64,000 nucleotides of DNA from Centroscyllium fabricii. Taxonomy: Eukaryota. Location of the stretch: assembly GCA_051313645.2 (NCBI GenBank), contig JBNRSN020000039.1, positions 5,890,001 through 5,954,000 of the forward strand. Direction: 5' to 3'. Below, one piece after another: positions 37,760 through 50,979 of the stretch (position 1 is the first letter of the stretch; each line of letters begins with the position of its first letter). Position numbers and translations under genes: made by a program. The notes under the pieces were generated by a model. It was not told where the DNA came from. It worked only from the letters and a program-made list of their open reading frames with translations, and searched no databases.

Positions 37760-38440
37760 AGGTTCGTCATTTGATCCTGAGAGACGGTTACAACAGGTGA
37801 CGAAATGGGTGCTGAGATATGGATAGAACAATTGAAATCTTGGGTGCTGAGAAGCTTTTAGAAACGGTCGTGCCTTGGGTACAGAGAGATTGTCAGAACA
37901 GGTGAGACATTGAGTGCTGAGAGACTGATAGAACAGGTGAAACAATCTGTGCTGAGAGAATGTTAGAGCAGGTGAGCCATTGGATGCTGAGTGACTGTTA
38001 AATCTGGTAAGATATTGAATGCTGAGTAACTGTTAGAATAGCTTTGACATTGGGGGCTGAGAGACTGTTAGAAATGGTGAGACAATGAATGCTGAGAGAC
38101 TGTTCGAATAGTTTAGACGTTGGTTGCTGAGAGACTGTTAAAACAGGTGAGGCATTGGGTGTAGATAGACTGTAATTGGAGACGAGTCATTGGGTGACGT
38201 GAGACTGGTAGAATAGGTGAGACATTAGGTGTAGAGAGACTGTAATTGGAGGTGAGACATTGGGTGCTGAGAGACGTTTCGAAAAGGGAGATCTTGGGTG
38301 ATCCCAGGATAGTTAGAAAATGTGAGACATTCAGTGCAGATAGTCTGTAATAACAGGGGAGACATCGCCTGCTGAGAGTCTTTTAAAACAGGAGAGATTT
38401 CGGGTGTAGAGGGGCTGATAGAACAGGGAAAGAATTGTGC
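37760..38440. repeat. About 36-bp minisatellite
   Basis: Diverged repeats of gagacattgggtgctgagagactgttagaacaggt. Confidence 0.85.
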
Positions 38441-38443
38441 AGA

Positions 38444-41400
38444 TGTGGCGGCACACTAAGACTGACGAATCCGCCTCGAGAGCTGCGGGGCATAGCCCCG
38501 CCCATCGGGTGACGTGATGTCGTCACCACCATCCCTCGGTGTGATGAGGTCACTAAAGCGGGCCTTTTAAATAAGCTCGCTCCTCGTGTTTCAGTCTGTT
38601 CCTTCCTCACTGTAATGTATTAAACAAGTGTTTCTCTGTCTCTCTGGCTCCCGCGTGGATCTTGGGTCCTGCAAGCGCTACGCTGGTGACCCCGACTTGG
38701 AACGACTCCCAAGGAGAAAAAGCAGCTACAGGACCAAAGACCAAGCAGCCTCAGGACACTTTAAAAGTTAAACATGACTACAAGGAACCAAGCTTCTCAA
38801 ACACAAGGACTTCGCCAGAACTTCGGACACAGACTTACACTACCGGAGTTCTGGGAGCAGCGCCCAGCGGCCTGGCTTATGTGCATCGAAACCAGCTGCC
38901 GCACACATGGCGTCCAGGGTGATGACAGCTACTACTTGGTCTTTTGGGCCCTACCGCAATCGACGATCAATCGGATGTGGTCGAAGCTACAGCGTGTGCC
39001 CACAGCGGGCAGGTATGAGTTCCTTAAGGCCGCGCTGCTAAAAAAAATTACCCCCTCCCAATTTGAGCGCGACTGCCAGCTCCTTAACCTCCCCAAACTC
39101 GGGGATGCAGACCCATCGGGACTTTGGGGGCAGATGCAAGCGCTTACCGCAGATCCCCCCTCCCTGTTCCGCACCGTTTTCCTCCTGAAAATACCCCGCT
39201 CCATCAGACCGGCCCTGGCGGCCCTCTGCCACTGGAACGGGGACAAACTAGCCGAGGAAGCCGACAGGCTCACGGCGGCCGAGCGCACCCGCTCCAACTC
39301 GTGCGACCCTAATGCAGCATCCATTGAGCGCAACCACTCGCCCCCCAGGTCCAACCCAACGCCTGTACCCAGGGCCCCGTGCCCACCCACACGGATCGAT
39401 AATAAAGCGCACCGCTGCGTACAGCCCTGTGCATTTAAGCCCCGGCCCACACCAGCCCCCACTATGTCTGTAGGACACACAGGAGCACTGCTCTTTGTCA
39501 CAGACAGCGGCACAGGCCTCCGGTTCCTCTGCAACACAGGCGCACAGCACAGCATCGTGCCAGCCTCCCCAGCAGAAGCCAAACAATGCACCCGGGGCCC
39601 GCCACTCGCAGCGGCCAATGGCTCCAATATAAAAAAGTACGGCACCCGCAAGCTCACATTTAAGCTCGCCGGCCACATGTATCACTGGGACTTTGTCACA
39701 GCCCAGTTCACTTCACCCCTCCTCGGGGCAGATTTCCTCTGCGCCCACGGCCTGCTGGTTGACATGACCTGGCCCTGCCTGGTCGACATCAATAACATGC
39801 TCCACAGGGCCCGCAGTCCTGGCCCACGCGGCGGCACAATGCCGCTCCCGAAACTCTGACGCATGCGGCACGCTCCTCGCAGAGTTCCCCACCCTTACCA
39901 AACCCACGTTCACCGCCCGCCGGGCCAAACACGGGGTAGAGCATTTTATAACCACCACTGGCCCTCCTGTCCATGCCCACGCCCGCAGGCTAGACCCGGC
40001 CAAACTGGAGATCGTGCACACAGAGTTCCGCACCATGGAACAACTCGGCATAATCCGCCGCTCCAACAGCCCCTGGGCCTCTCCCCTACACATCACCCCC
40101 AAGCCGGGCGGGGGTTGGCGCCCCTGCGACGACTACCGCCGCCTAAACATTCCCACTACCCCAGATAGGTACCCCGTACCCCACATCCAGGATTTCTCCG
40201 CCAGACTAGCAGGCTGCACGATCTTATCTAAGACCGACCTGGTGCGTGGCTACTTGGACGACATCCTCGTGGCCAACACCCCACCCCCCAGAAACACCTC
40301 CTGCACCTCAGGACCATGTTACAGCGCCTGGTCGAACACGGCCATATATTAAGCCCCTCAAAAGGCAAATTCGGCCTCGAGACCATAGACTTCCTCGGCC
40401 ACCGCATCTCCCAAACCGGGGCCATACCCCTGCCCTCCAATGTGCAGGCAGTTCAGTAATTCCCCCGCCCGCACTCCATTAAGGGGCTGCAGTAATTCCT
40501 GGGGATGGTTAATTTTTATAATCGCTTTATCCCAGGAGCAGACGCTCTCATGGCCCCCCTATACCAGGCCACATGCGGGCAGTCCGGCAAAACTGCGGTA
40601 GAGTGGACGGCCGATGCCGCCACCACCTTCACCGCAACCAAAACCGCCCTGGCCATCACCACCCTCCTAGCCCACACCAGGCCCAACGCCAGAGTGGACC
40701 TCACCACTGACGCCTCCGACCACGCTGTCGGGGCCGTCTTTCAACAGTGGACCGGCAACTCTTGGCAGCCCCTGGCCTTTTTCAGCCGGCAACTTCGGCC
40801 CCCAGAGGTCAAGTACAGCTCCTTCGACAGGGAGCTCCTCGCTCTCTACCTCGCAGTGCGCCATTTACGCTTCCTCTTGGAGGGCCGTCCCTTCAAAGCC
40901 TTCGTCGACCGCAAGCCACTCACCTTCGCTATGGCCAAGGTCACCGAACCCTGATCGGCCAGGCAGCAGCGCCAGCTCGCGGCTGTGTCGGTGTTCACTA
41001 CCGACATTCAGCATATCTCTGGCCGTGACAACGTGGTTGCTGACTGCCTCTCACGCCCCGCAAGTAACGCCGCCCAAATGGCGGTCAATTATGGCAAGCT
41101 GGCAGCAGACCAGCTGGCCGACCCAGACCTGCTCGACCCAGCAGCCAACCTCCCAGGCCTACACCTGGACAAAATCGCACATGGCCCCTCTGCCACAGTC
41201 GTCCTGGACCAGTTTTCGATCGCCACCTGGGTCGCCCGTTTCGGCGTGCCCACCGACATCACGTCGGACAGAGGACCCCAGTTTACGTCAGCACTATGGG
41301 CGGCTATCGCCCGCGACCTCGGGGTAACCTTACAACGAACCACCGCATACCACCCACAATCTAACGGGCTCTGTGAACGCTTCCACCACTCTAGGAAAGC

Positions 41401-41523
41401 ATCCCTGTGGGCCAGCCTCAAAGTCGCGTCATGGACCGACCGTCACCCATGGGTACTCCTCGGGCTGCGCTCGGCAGTCAAAGAGGACCTAAACGCCTCG
41501 GCAGCAGAACACGTCTACGGCCA
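38444..41523 (+). mobile_element. Ty3/Gypsy LTR retrotransposon, decayed and 3'-truncated
   Basis: 5' LTR 38444-38682; PBS tggtgaccccgac; gag; protease FLCNTGA (D>N); RT NSPWASPLH..DYRRLN..YLDD; RNase H TDASD..FDRELLA; integrase SDRGPQF..YHPQSNGLCER. Stops and deletions present. Confidence 0.93.
38684..38696 (+). promoter_or_regulatory. Primer-binding site complementary to tRNA-Trp
   Basis: TGGTGACCCCGAC is complementary to the vertebrate tRNA-Trp 3' end ..GUCGGGGUCACCA. Confidence 0.75.
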
Positions 41524-41882
41524 GATGGAGCAGACTCGTGGGAACGAATGGCCTACTCCTGCTATTTTCTTCAATGTGTCCATTCATCCTCTCCTGGGCG
41601 GGCTATTTATACCCGGATGCAGCGCCTGAGGCTCTGCTGCCCTCGCAAGGAGCATGTTTATCCGTTGAGTGTAGACAGTGATTAATGGTCTGGTTGAGGC
41701 CGCACAAACTAGACTGATATCGTCCAAAGCCGCCCTTCACACCACACTTTCCACAAGATCCTCACATAATCCACAAGAGATGGGGATACTCTCAGAGACC
41801 CGATTAATCCGGGTCATTTCCTGCTTGGATGCTTCTTTAAGAGAGTAATCAATTTTGACCAACACCAGTTAACTCTGTCCTG

Positions 41883-42024
41883 GTCAAAGCACCGTCCGCT
41901 GGAACAAGTGCCATCCAGAGCAAGCTTCTTCACCCCATCATAAGGATAGTTGAAGCTTCGGTCTGACATTCACCAGCTTCTGCAGCTCTTTGCGCCCTTG
42001 GGAAGTGAAACATTCGCTCGTAAT
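41883..42024 (-). pseudogene. Probable terminal NLR-like exon, frameshifted (copy B)
   Basis: Same acceptor and the same apparent 1-nt shift as copy A. Confidence 0.48.
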
Positions 42025-43221
42025 CTGCAAAAGGAGGGGGAAATTACAATCAGTTGACAGGGGCTCCGTTCAAATATTTTAGATGAAAAGATATGGAATG
42101 CAGTTTAACATTAGATTATATTATAGATTAACTATGTAGGTGTCATCAACACTTTCTGGACAGCATTCAGTCCCGCTCTGTCTCTGTCTCCCCCTATATA
42201 TATTTCTGTCTCTTTATTTAACATATCTTTACTTGTACCACTCCCGCTCCATTTCTCCCTCACTGTGCCTTGCCTCAATTCTAAGACTCCATCTCCCACT
42301 AACCCTCTATATAATTGAATTTGTCTATCTCTTTAACTATAATTCTCACTTTATATTCCACTTTCTCCCTCTCTCTTTCCCTCCGCTTCTAACTAGATAC
42401 CTCTCTTAATTTATTCCATTATCCATCATCCTATTTCTCTATTATTTTCATCTCTTGGCCTCTCTCAGCCTCTATCACTCTCTATAAATAGTTTCCCTCG
42501 GCCTCTATTTCTGACTCTGTATCTGTCTCTGTGTTTGTGAGTCTCTCTATCTGTCTACGACTCTATCACTGTTTTCCATTTTTATGTCCCTTCAACCTCT
42601 CCGTTTCTCTCTCCCACCTCTCTCTTTCGATGTCTCTGTCATTCTCTCTGTATCGCTATTTAAGTGTGTGTTTGTCTACCACTTTCACTGCAGTCGTCAA
42701 TGTTACTCTGTCCCTCTCCCTCCCCTATTTCCCATTTATATATCTCATTTTCTCCTTCTCTTTCTCTAATTCTCCCCATTATCTGTATTTCTCTGTCTGT
42801 TTCTCTCCCTTCCTCTATCTCTCTGCTTTGCTCTACATTTCTCTCTTTCACTAACTTCCTATCTGTGACATTCGATATTCCCTTCTTTCTATTCCTATCT
42901 TCCAAGTAATATTTTTATTTCTGTATTTGCAGAAGCAGCTGCCCCTATCTCACTTTTTTCTCTCTATCTCTATAGCCTGATAAGTCAAGGGCGTGGCAAT
43001 GGGAGAGATTTAAAAATAAAAAGAATCAGAGATTGTGCTTTGCATCCCAATATATTATTAGAGCCTAAGCTATCATAATGGAATGGAAATGTGCGCTCAG
43101 TTATATTAGAAACATGTTCTCGGTTTGTTACACAAGACAAGATTGATTACAGATTTTATTTGAGAATTATCCGCAGATATTAAATTAAATGCAAAGCAAA
43201 AAAAAAAAAATAATCTCTTAC

Positions 43222-43389
43222 GTTATCTGTTCCAGATTGGCACAGTTCAGTACGAGCTGGCGGAACTTTTCTTGAGATTTTTCTGTGAATCCATTAAACG
43301 AGAGGTGCAGGACTCTCAGCGTTTCTTTCACACAAAGAGCAGAAACAAGTTCCTCACAGCACTCGTGTGTCAGGTAATTGCTCTTCAGG
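43222..43389 (-). pseudogene. NLR-type LRR exon, copy B
   Basis: 168 nt, phase 2-2, open, intact splice sites. Confidence 0.78.
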
Positions 43390-44705
43390 CTGTTGGAGAA
43401 TGGATAAGCGAATCAGCGAATGAGATACAGAGGGAAAGTGATAGAAGCAGAGAGATTGATACATAGAGTGAAAATAGATAGAGTGATAGAGAGAGAGGCA
43501 GAGAGACAGAGAAGAGGAGAGCGAGACGGTGGAGGGAGAAAGTGACAGAGAGAGAGAGAGACAGAAAGAGCGGCAGAGAGACACAGAGAATGGATGAAGG
43601 GGGAGGAAAGGGACAGAGAGAGACAGAAAGAGCGGCAGTAAGACAGAGAGTGAGAGAGAAGGGTGAGGAAAGAGACAGAGAAAGACAAAAAAGCAAAAGT
43701 GAGAGAGAGTTTAAGTGAGAAGGAGTGATAGATAGAGAGGGAGAGCGAATGAGAGAGGGAGAGAAGAGATCGGGAGATAGAGAATTAAGGGGAGGAGAGA
43801 GAGTCAGAGAGAGGTAAAGAACCCTGAGAGAGAATGTGGGAGGGAAGAGATAGAGAGCAACAGAGGGTGACATGAAGTCCAAGAGATTTAAAGTTAGGCA
43901 GTCACAGTTGGAGGAAGAGAAAGATTGATTTTTTTTTATAAACAAACCGTCCAGGTTAAAATGAGGGAGAGATAAAGAGAGAGAGTGCATGTAACAGTGA
44001 ATAAAGAAAGTAGTTTCAGAAATGCCAGAATAATGATCTACATCCAGAACTAGTTGCACATCTAGACAAGATGATCCACTACAGAAAAAAGCATCGGCAG
44101 GAACCCGAAAAAATGCAGGACGAATCCAGGACACTCCTTCCCCCTCATTATCTCTGTTCTTCTCTCTCTCGCCCTCCGATCTCAGTCAGTCCTCCTCTCT
44201 CTCCGATCTGCTCTCCATTTCCCCTCTTATCTCCATTCCTCTCTGATATACTCTCTCCCCATCTCCTCTCCATCTGACCTCTGATTTCGTTCCACCTTCT
44301 CCTCTCCGTACCTCATCCGATCTCCTCTCTCACTCCGATCTCCTCTCAGCTCACTTCCCCTCTCATCTCCCATCTCTTCCCCTCCGCTCACCAGGCTCTC
44401 TCTGACATCCTCCATCTGCACTTTGATCACCTTCTCTCTCCTATCTGTTCTCCTCCCCTCCCTTCACCTCGCTCCCTCCGATTCCATCACACTCCCCTAG
44501 GATCTCGTCTCTCCCTTGTGCTCATTCTCGCTCTCCGATCTCCACTCACCCTCTCTAATCTCCTCTCTTTCACCAATCCCTTTTCCCTTCCACTATGTTT
44601 TTCTCTCTCTCCATCTGCTCTCTGTGCGATCTCCTCTCCAGCTTCCACTCTGATCTCCTCTATCTCCCGTACAATCTCAGCTCTCTTTCCGATCTCATCT
44701 CTCTC

Positions 44706-47700
44706 AAGAGATTCAAGATCATTTTATTCGCCATATGTAACTAGTACAATGGAATGCTTACTCCCCATTCACTCCCACACTTATGAAATGAAGAAAAGCA
44801 CGAGGTAAAAAGGTAAAAACAAGTGTAAATATAGTAACAAATTAGTAAACAGAGAAACAGATAGATAACAATTGCCGTTAGCAGTTCAGTAGGCGCACTG
44901 CCTGTGGATAAAAACTGTTATTGAATCTGCTGGTCCTGGTTCGGATGCTGCGGTACCGACGGCCGGTTCGCAGGAGGGAGAACAGTTCGTGCCCAGGGTG
45001 GTTGGGGTCTTTGATAATGGCACGGGCCTTGTTCCGACATCTAGTCTGGAAGATCTCTTCGATTGATGGGAGTGTACACCCGATGATTTTTCCTGCCGTC
45101 TTCACAACCCTCTGGATGGCCTTCCTGTCCTGAACAGTGGTATTGCCATACCACACAGTGACGCCACCTGACAAGATGCTCTCTATGGTTCCGCGGTAGA
45201 AGTTCACCAGCAATTGTGTACTTATACCGCATTTCCTCAGGCACCGCAGAGGGTAGCGGTGCTGGTGAGCCTTCTTCAGCATTTCATTGGTGTTATAATT
45301 CCAATTCAGATCGTCAGAGATCTGCAGACCTAGGAATCGAAAGCAGCTGACTCTTTCTACCGGTAACCCGCCTATTGTGATTGGTCGGTGGTTCTTTTGA
45401 TGGCGTCTGAAGTCCACGATGAGTTCCTTCATCTTGCTGACGTTCAGGGCAAGGTTGTTATCCTTGCACCATCCCATCAGCTGAACTATCTCATCCCTGT
45501 ACTCTGTCTCGTCCTCATTACTGATCAGGGCAATTACCGTGGTGTCATCGGCAAACTTTATTATTCGGTTGTTGCTGCGTTGGGCTGTACAATCGTTTGT
45601 GAACAGAGAGTACAGCCGAGGACTGAGGCAGCAGCCCTGTGGCGCTCCGGTATTGAGGACCAGTGTGGAGGAGGTGTTGTTCCCTATTCTCACCACTTGA
45701 GGCCTGCCGGTCAGGAAGTCCAGAATCCAGTTGCAGATGGGGGTGCCCAGACCTAGGTCCTTCAGTTTCAGGATTAACTTGGAGGGAACAATAGTATTAA
45801 ATGCAGAACTGTAGTCGATGAACATCAGTCTGACATAAGTCTCCCTTTTATCCAGATGTTCTAGGACAGTGTGTAGTGTTAGGGGGACTGCATCGTCCAC
45901 AGACCTGTTCGCCCTGTATGCAAACTGGAACGGATCCAAGGAATCAGGGATGATGCTGTTTATATGTGTCATCACCAGCTTTTCCAGGCACTTCATGGCT
46001 ATAGATGTTAGGGCTATCTGTCGATAGTCATTGAGACCCGTTACCTTGGTCTTCTTTGGTAGCGGCACAATGGTCATCTCCTTAAAACACACTGGCACGA
46101 CAGACTGCTGCAGTGAGATATAAAAAATGTCTCTGAACACAGGAGCCAGCTGGTCTGCACATGTCTTGAAGTCGCGGGATGGCACTCCGTCTGGACCGGC
46201 TGCCTTTCGTGCCTTCACCCTCCTGAATGTTTTGCAGACCTCGGACTCAGTCACCTGTAGTCTGTAGTCCTCTGGATGACAAGGTTTTTTTTTGGCCTGC
46301 TCAGTATTTTCCCTATCAAAGCGAGCATAGAAGATATTCAGCTCGTCCAGTAGGGAGGGATCAGTGTTGGTGACACCCGCTGATCTTTCCTTGCAGTTGG
46401 TGATGGCCCTCAGTCCCTGCCACATGCGTCTGGCATCGGAGCCCCCGCCGTACTGGGACTCCAGTTTATCCCTGAAGTCAATTTTAGCTATTTTTATCGC
46501 TCTAATAAGGTCATACTTGGCCTTCCTGTAGACTTCACTCTCCCCTGTTTTAAAAGCAGAACGCCGATCTCTTAATTTGTTGTAGATGTTAGAATTCATC
46601 CACGGTTTGCAGTTGGGAAATGAACGTACAGACTTGGTAGGGATGCAATCATCTACCAATTTGTTGATGTATCCATTGACATGGTCTGCATACTCATCGA
46701 GGTCTGGGTTCTTAAATACACTCCAGTCTGTTTTTTCCAGCCCGCCCTGTAGTTTGAGTTCATTGTCCGTTGTCCAAATTATTTTTGTTTTCATTATTGC
46801 TGGTGTATTTTTTAACTTCTGTTTGTAAGCAGGAAGTAGAAGCACAGAGGCATGGTCTGACTTGCCGAAGCCCGGCCGAGCAGTGGCACGGAAGGCATGT
46901 TGAATTGTGGTATAGCACTGGTCCAGATTATTTCCATTTCTTGTTGGACAGAGTGCTGTGTCACTTCCGGTGCTGCAGAAGGAACACGGCACTGGAGAAG
47001 AGCTGACGTGTCTCTGTGAAGCTACCACACTTTTGTTTTTTAACTTTCTACCTTTTGCCTTTTACTTCTCCTTTTTAACTTTTTAACTTTATAACCTGAA
47101 ACAAAAGACGTCGCCTTTTGGGACAACCTGCCTTACCTCTTGCCGTTTTCTGGGCTTGCTTGCCTTGGGACTGGCTGTCGGCTATACTTGTTATCTTTTT
47201 ACCTTTACTTTGTAACTTTTTAACTTATAACCTGAAACAAAAGACGTCGCCTTCTGGGACAACCTGCCTTACCTCTTGCCATTTTCTGGGCTTGCTTGCC
47301 TTGGGACTGGCTGTCTCGGCTTTTTTCAGCTGCTACCGCTCTGGTCCTGCCTGCCTTGTCGTCTTTTGCGTGGATGCCTCTCTCCCGCTTGGTTGCCGCT
47401 GGTCGTTCTCCTCTTGGCCGTTGCTTTGCCTTGCCTGTGGAAACTCAACTGCTGCTGTCGCTGCCGCTGCCTGTGGAAATTCAACTGCTGCTGTCGCTGC
47501 CGCTGCTGCTGCCGCTCTGGACCGCCTGCCTTGTCGTCTGCGTGGATGCCTCTCTTCTGCTGGGCTGCTGCTGGTCGCTCTCTTCTTGGCCGTTGCCTTG
47601 CTTGCTGGAACTCAGCTGCTGCTGCCGCTGCTGCTGCCGCTCTGGACCGCCTGCCTTGTCGACTGCTGCATGGATGCCAGCTGCTGCTGGTCGTTCTCCT

Positions 47701-48686
47701 CTTGGTCGTTGCCGTTGCTTTGCCTGTTGCTGCTGCTGCCGTTCTGGACCTGTCTGCATTGCCGTCGGATCAACGCTTCTGCTTGGCTGCCTCATCTGCT
47801 ATGGGTCTGTTGCTACTGCCTGGTTGCCGCACCGCTGTTTTTTTAAATTGTAATATTTCCATAGTAATATTTAAGGCTCTACTTATTCATTGTAATATTT
47901 TTTTAATTATAATATGTAAAGCTATTTATTTATTATATATTTTTTTAATTTTTATTAACTAACTAACTATTAACATGCTTGGTCTGAGCGCGAAAGTTGT
48001 CAGATACAGTCGCCAAGTCCTCTTGGAATTAAGGAAGATGTCAGCCGTTTTTTATACTAAAACAGAGTTGACAACAAACAAGTTAATGAAGGATTTACCT
48101 GTGGAGGTACTGAATGTCAACAGAGTGCAGTGGGGGCAGAGGAGCCCACCCCTCGACCAGAACCATCACGCTCATGGAAGTAGGTGCAAATGGGCCCACA
48201 GGCGGGGGTCACGGGCAGGCCTACTAGTCAGATTGCGCCGACGGGGTTGGAAACCAGCCTAGCCCAGCATTCTCCTCGCAAATGTCCAATCTTTGGTCAA
48301 CAAGATTGACGAGCTGAATTGCCGTATCGCCTCACAGCGGGTCATTAGGGAGTGCTGTGCAATGATCCTTACAGAGTCGTGGTTAACCTCAATGATACCT
48401 GACGAGGAGGTGCAGCCCCAGGGTTTTGCTTTGTTCAGGACCGATAGAACATCTGACTCTACAGGGAAGAGCAGAGGCGGCGGTGTCTGCTGCCTGATTA
48501 ACAACAAATGGTGCACAGATGTACAGGTACTGTCACAGCACTGTACCGCCAACTTGGAACTATTAACAATCAAGTGTCGCCCTTTTTACCTACCAAGGGA
48601 AATCTCAGCTATCCTCATGTCTGCTGTCTACATCCAACCACGAGCCAATGAAAACACTGCATTGAGCGAACTTTACAGTGAGTACA
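44706..48686 (-). mobile_element. Rex1/Babar LINE with inverted 5' part
   Basis: Minus-strand RT ORF 44878-about 46950 (GAPQGCCLSP, FADD). Plus-strand 5' region and APE N-terminus (LANVQSLVNK, LTESWL, RGGGV) at about 46955-48680. TSD gatctcatctctctc at 44691-44705 and 48687-48701. Confidence 0.9.
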
Positions 48687-49109
48687 GATCTCATCTCTCT
48701 CTCCGATCTTCTATCATTGCGAACTCCTTTCCATCCACGCTGTCATCACCGCTCCCTCTCGTCTCTCCTCTCTCTCCGCTACGACCAACTCGTTCTCTCC
48801 ATTTTCATCTCCCTCCTTCCGATTTCCTCTCTCTGCAATCTCCTGCCACTGTCTCCGATCTAATTTGTCCATCCCCTGTCTCACCAACTTCAATCCCTCT
48901 CTCCACTTACTTCGTCACTCTCTCAACACTGGCTAACCATGATCTTCCCCTTCTCCAACCCCAACAATCATCGGACCAACTCCGCACTGAGCCGATTACA
49001 GCGTGGCCCACGTGCAGTCGCCTGTATACAGCGCAAATGTGTGTAAGCGCATCGGGTGTGCATGCGTCGCAGCTTTTAAAAGCACGCAGTGCAGAAACCC
49101 ACAATCATC

Positions 49110-49745
49110 CTCATGCAAATATTCACAGCGATTACAAAAAATATGGAAGTATAAGATTAAGAAAGTTTTACTGCAATTAAATGGGGTTCTTGTGAAACCA
49201 CATCTGATTACTGTTGACAGTTTTGGTCTCTCTACCAATGAAGGGTTACTTTCCGTTGAGTGTGTGCAAATAATGTTGAGCAAAGGTTTCCTGCGATGGG
49301 GATTTGGACCATATGGATTGACAGAGGCGACAAAGCCTGCAAGGTGATCTCATTTAAGCATATACCTTACTTACAGGGGTTGACAGTGTAGGGCTCAGAG
49401 AAGATTCACCTGGGAAGGGTGTTTAGAAATAGCGGTCATATTCACAGAATACGGTCACCATTTAGGACTGAGACAAGGATAAATTACATTAATCAAAGTT
49501 CAATGACTCGTTGCAATGCCAGAGCCCAGAGGAACTTTACATGCCCACAGTCAGAGCTCAGTCCTTGTGTATATTCACGACAGAGCACCAACACTTTTTT
49601 TGATTTTCATGGAATAAAGGGACATGGTGTTAGGGCGGTAAGTGGAATTGAGTTGAAATTCCAACTATGATCTGTTTGAATGTTGGTGCATGATCGACTG
49701 GCAGAATGGCCTTCTGCAAATGCTATTTCTTCAAATACTATGTTC
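49110..49745 (+). mobile_element. Old CR1 3' fragment
   Basis: Encodes KVLLQLNGVLVKPHL; CR1-like 3' UTR. Confidence 0.6.
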
Positions 49746-50010
49746 TTAACAGAGACTCCTCTTCCAAGTCAACATCATGACTGTACAGAAATTGGTATGA
49801 CAGCAAAATATTTTACAATTTACCATTAGATGCAATTTCAAAGAAATTTAAAAAATTATATTGTTCTGCCAATCCTCTAATGAAAATAACATATTACATA
49901 CATATCCTTGGAGTAAAAGCGGTCCATTGAATCTGTTTGTTTTTTGGAATGTTACTAATATGACTGATCACTCTCCCGAGATAACCTTGTCCGTGGAGGT
50001 TCCTACAGGA

Positions 50011-50020
50011 CATATTTAAG
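50011..50020 (+). promoter_or_regulatory. Candidate TATA-like box of the GPCR gene
   Basis: catatttaag lies about 85 nt upstream of the ATG at 50101. Confidence 0.3.
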
Positions 50021-50100
50021 AGCTCCTCTGAATCAGCCTTTACATTTCCACAGTCAGTGCTCTGTGCCTGGCAGAACAGACATTGACCTTCAGGTCAGAA

Positions 50101-50170
50101 ATGGCATACACAGTCATTTACCAGATAGAACTTATTTACTACCCGATTCTTGCAGCCCTCGCTGTTCCTG
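50101..50170 (+). CDS. gpr139-like: GPR139-like GPCR, coding exon 1
   Basis: MAYTVIYQIELIYYPILAALAVP plus one G, then GTAAGA donor (phase 1); start of TM1. Confidence 0.85.
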
Positions 50171-50599
50171 GTAAGACAGTAAAACGAGAGAGTAAATCTA
50201 ATTGTTATGTTTATGACTGTACATATGAGGCTATCCATTCCGGTTTTTTGATTGCAGTTCATTAATTGAATGTCTTGTTTTCATAACGTGATCTCTTCAT
50301 TGAGATTATCATGCCTCTTCAATTTTCTCCACAGACAAGGATGAAACAATGATTCCCCTTTCTGTTGTCAGCAGAAACTCCCTTTTGGAGCTGAAACTGT
50401 CATCCTAACATATATTAATTAGTAATGCTTTTTGTGATTGACATGTTTTTGAAAGGTAACGTGGGGATTTTAAGAAATATTTCTTTGTATATTTATTTCA
50501 TGTATACATTGGATTCAACTGCAGAATTCTATATTTTATTTTTCGCCGTCAGTCCAACTCTGACTTTGCTTGTGGCTTCTTTAAATGGAAACTAAAATC

Positions 50600-50960
50600 C
50601 AGTGACGTCTGTGAACAGTGAGCAGTCCACCCCTACAGATTTGCTTTGCCAACGAACGTTGTATTGTCAGCAAATTGTATACTTTACAGTCGGTCTGCTC
50701 TACTATGTCATTGATATAGGTTGTAAAAAGCTGAGCCACAAATACAGCTCCTTGGGGTACTTCAGGAGTTACAGTGAGCCAAACAAAAAATGACCCGTTT
50801 ATTCCTACTTGCTCTTCTATGTCCGCTAACCAAGCCTCAATCAATGCGACAATATTATCCCTAATACCACGAGGCCCAATGTTTTGCGGCACCTGATCGA
50901 ATGACTTTTTAAAAATAACATCTACTGGTTCCCCCTTACACATTTAAGTCTACTAAAAAA
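50600..50960 (-). mobile_element. Old CR1 RT fragment (intronic)
   Basis: Encodes KGEPVDVIFKKSFDQVP and VPQGAVF..LFTTYIND. Confidence 0.7.
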
Positions 50961-50979
50961 TTTGTCAAACACGAATTCC

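Larger units (their letters stand above)
41524..44128. repeat. Segmental duplication, copy B
   Basis: Matches 34751-37409. Confidence 0.93.

Noticed and set aside
38932-39678. Antisense ORF in the Gypsy element (also 9520-10296 in Vingi)
   Set aside because: These are shadow ORFs of GC-rich coding sequence with no recognisable motifs.
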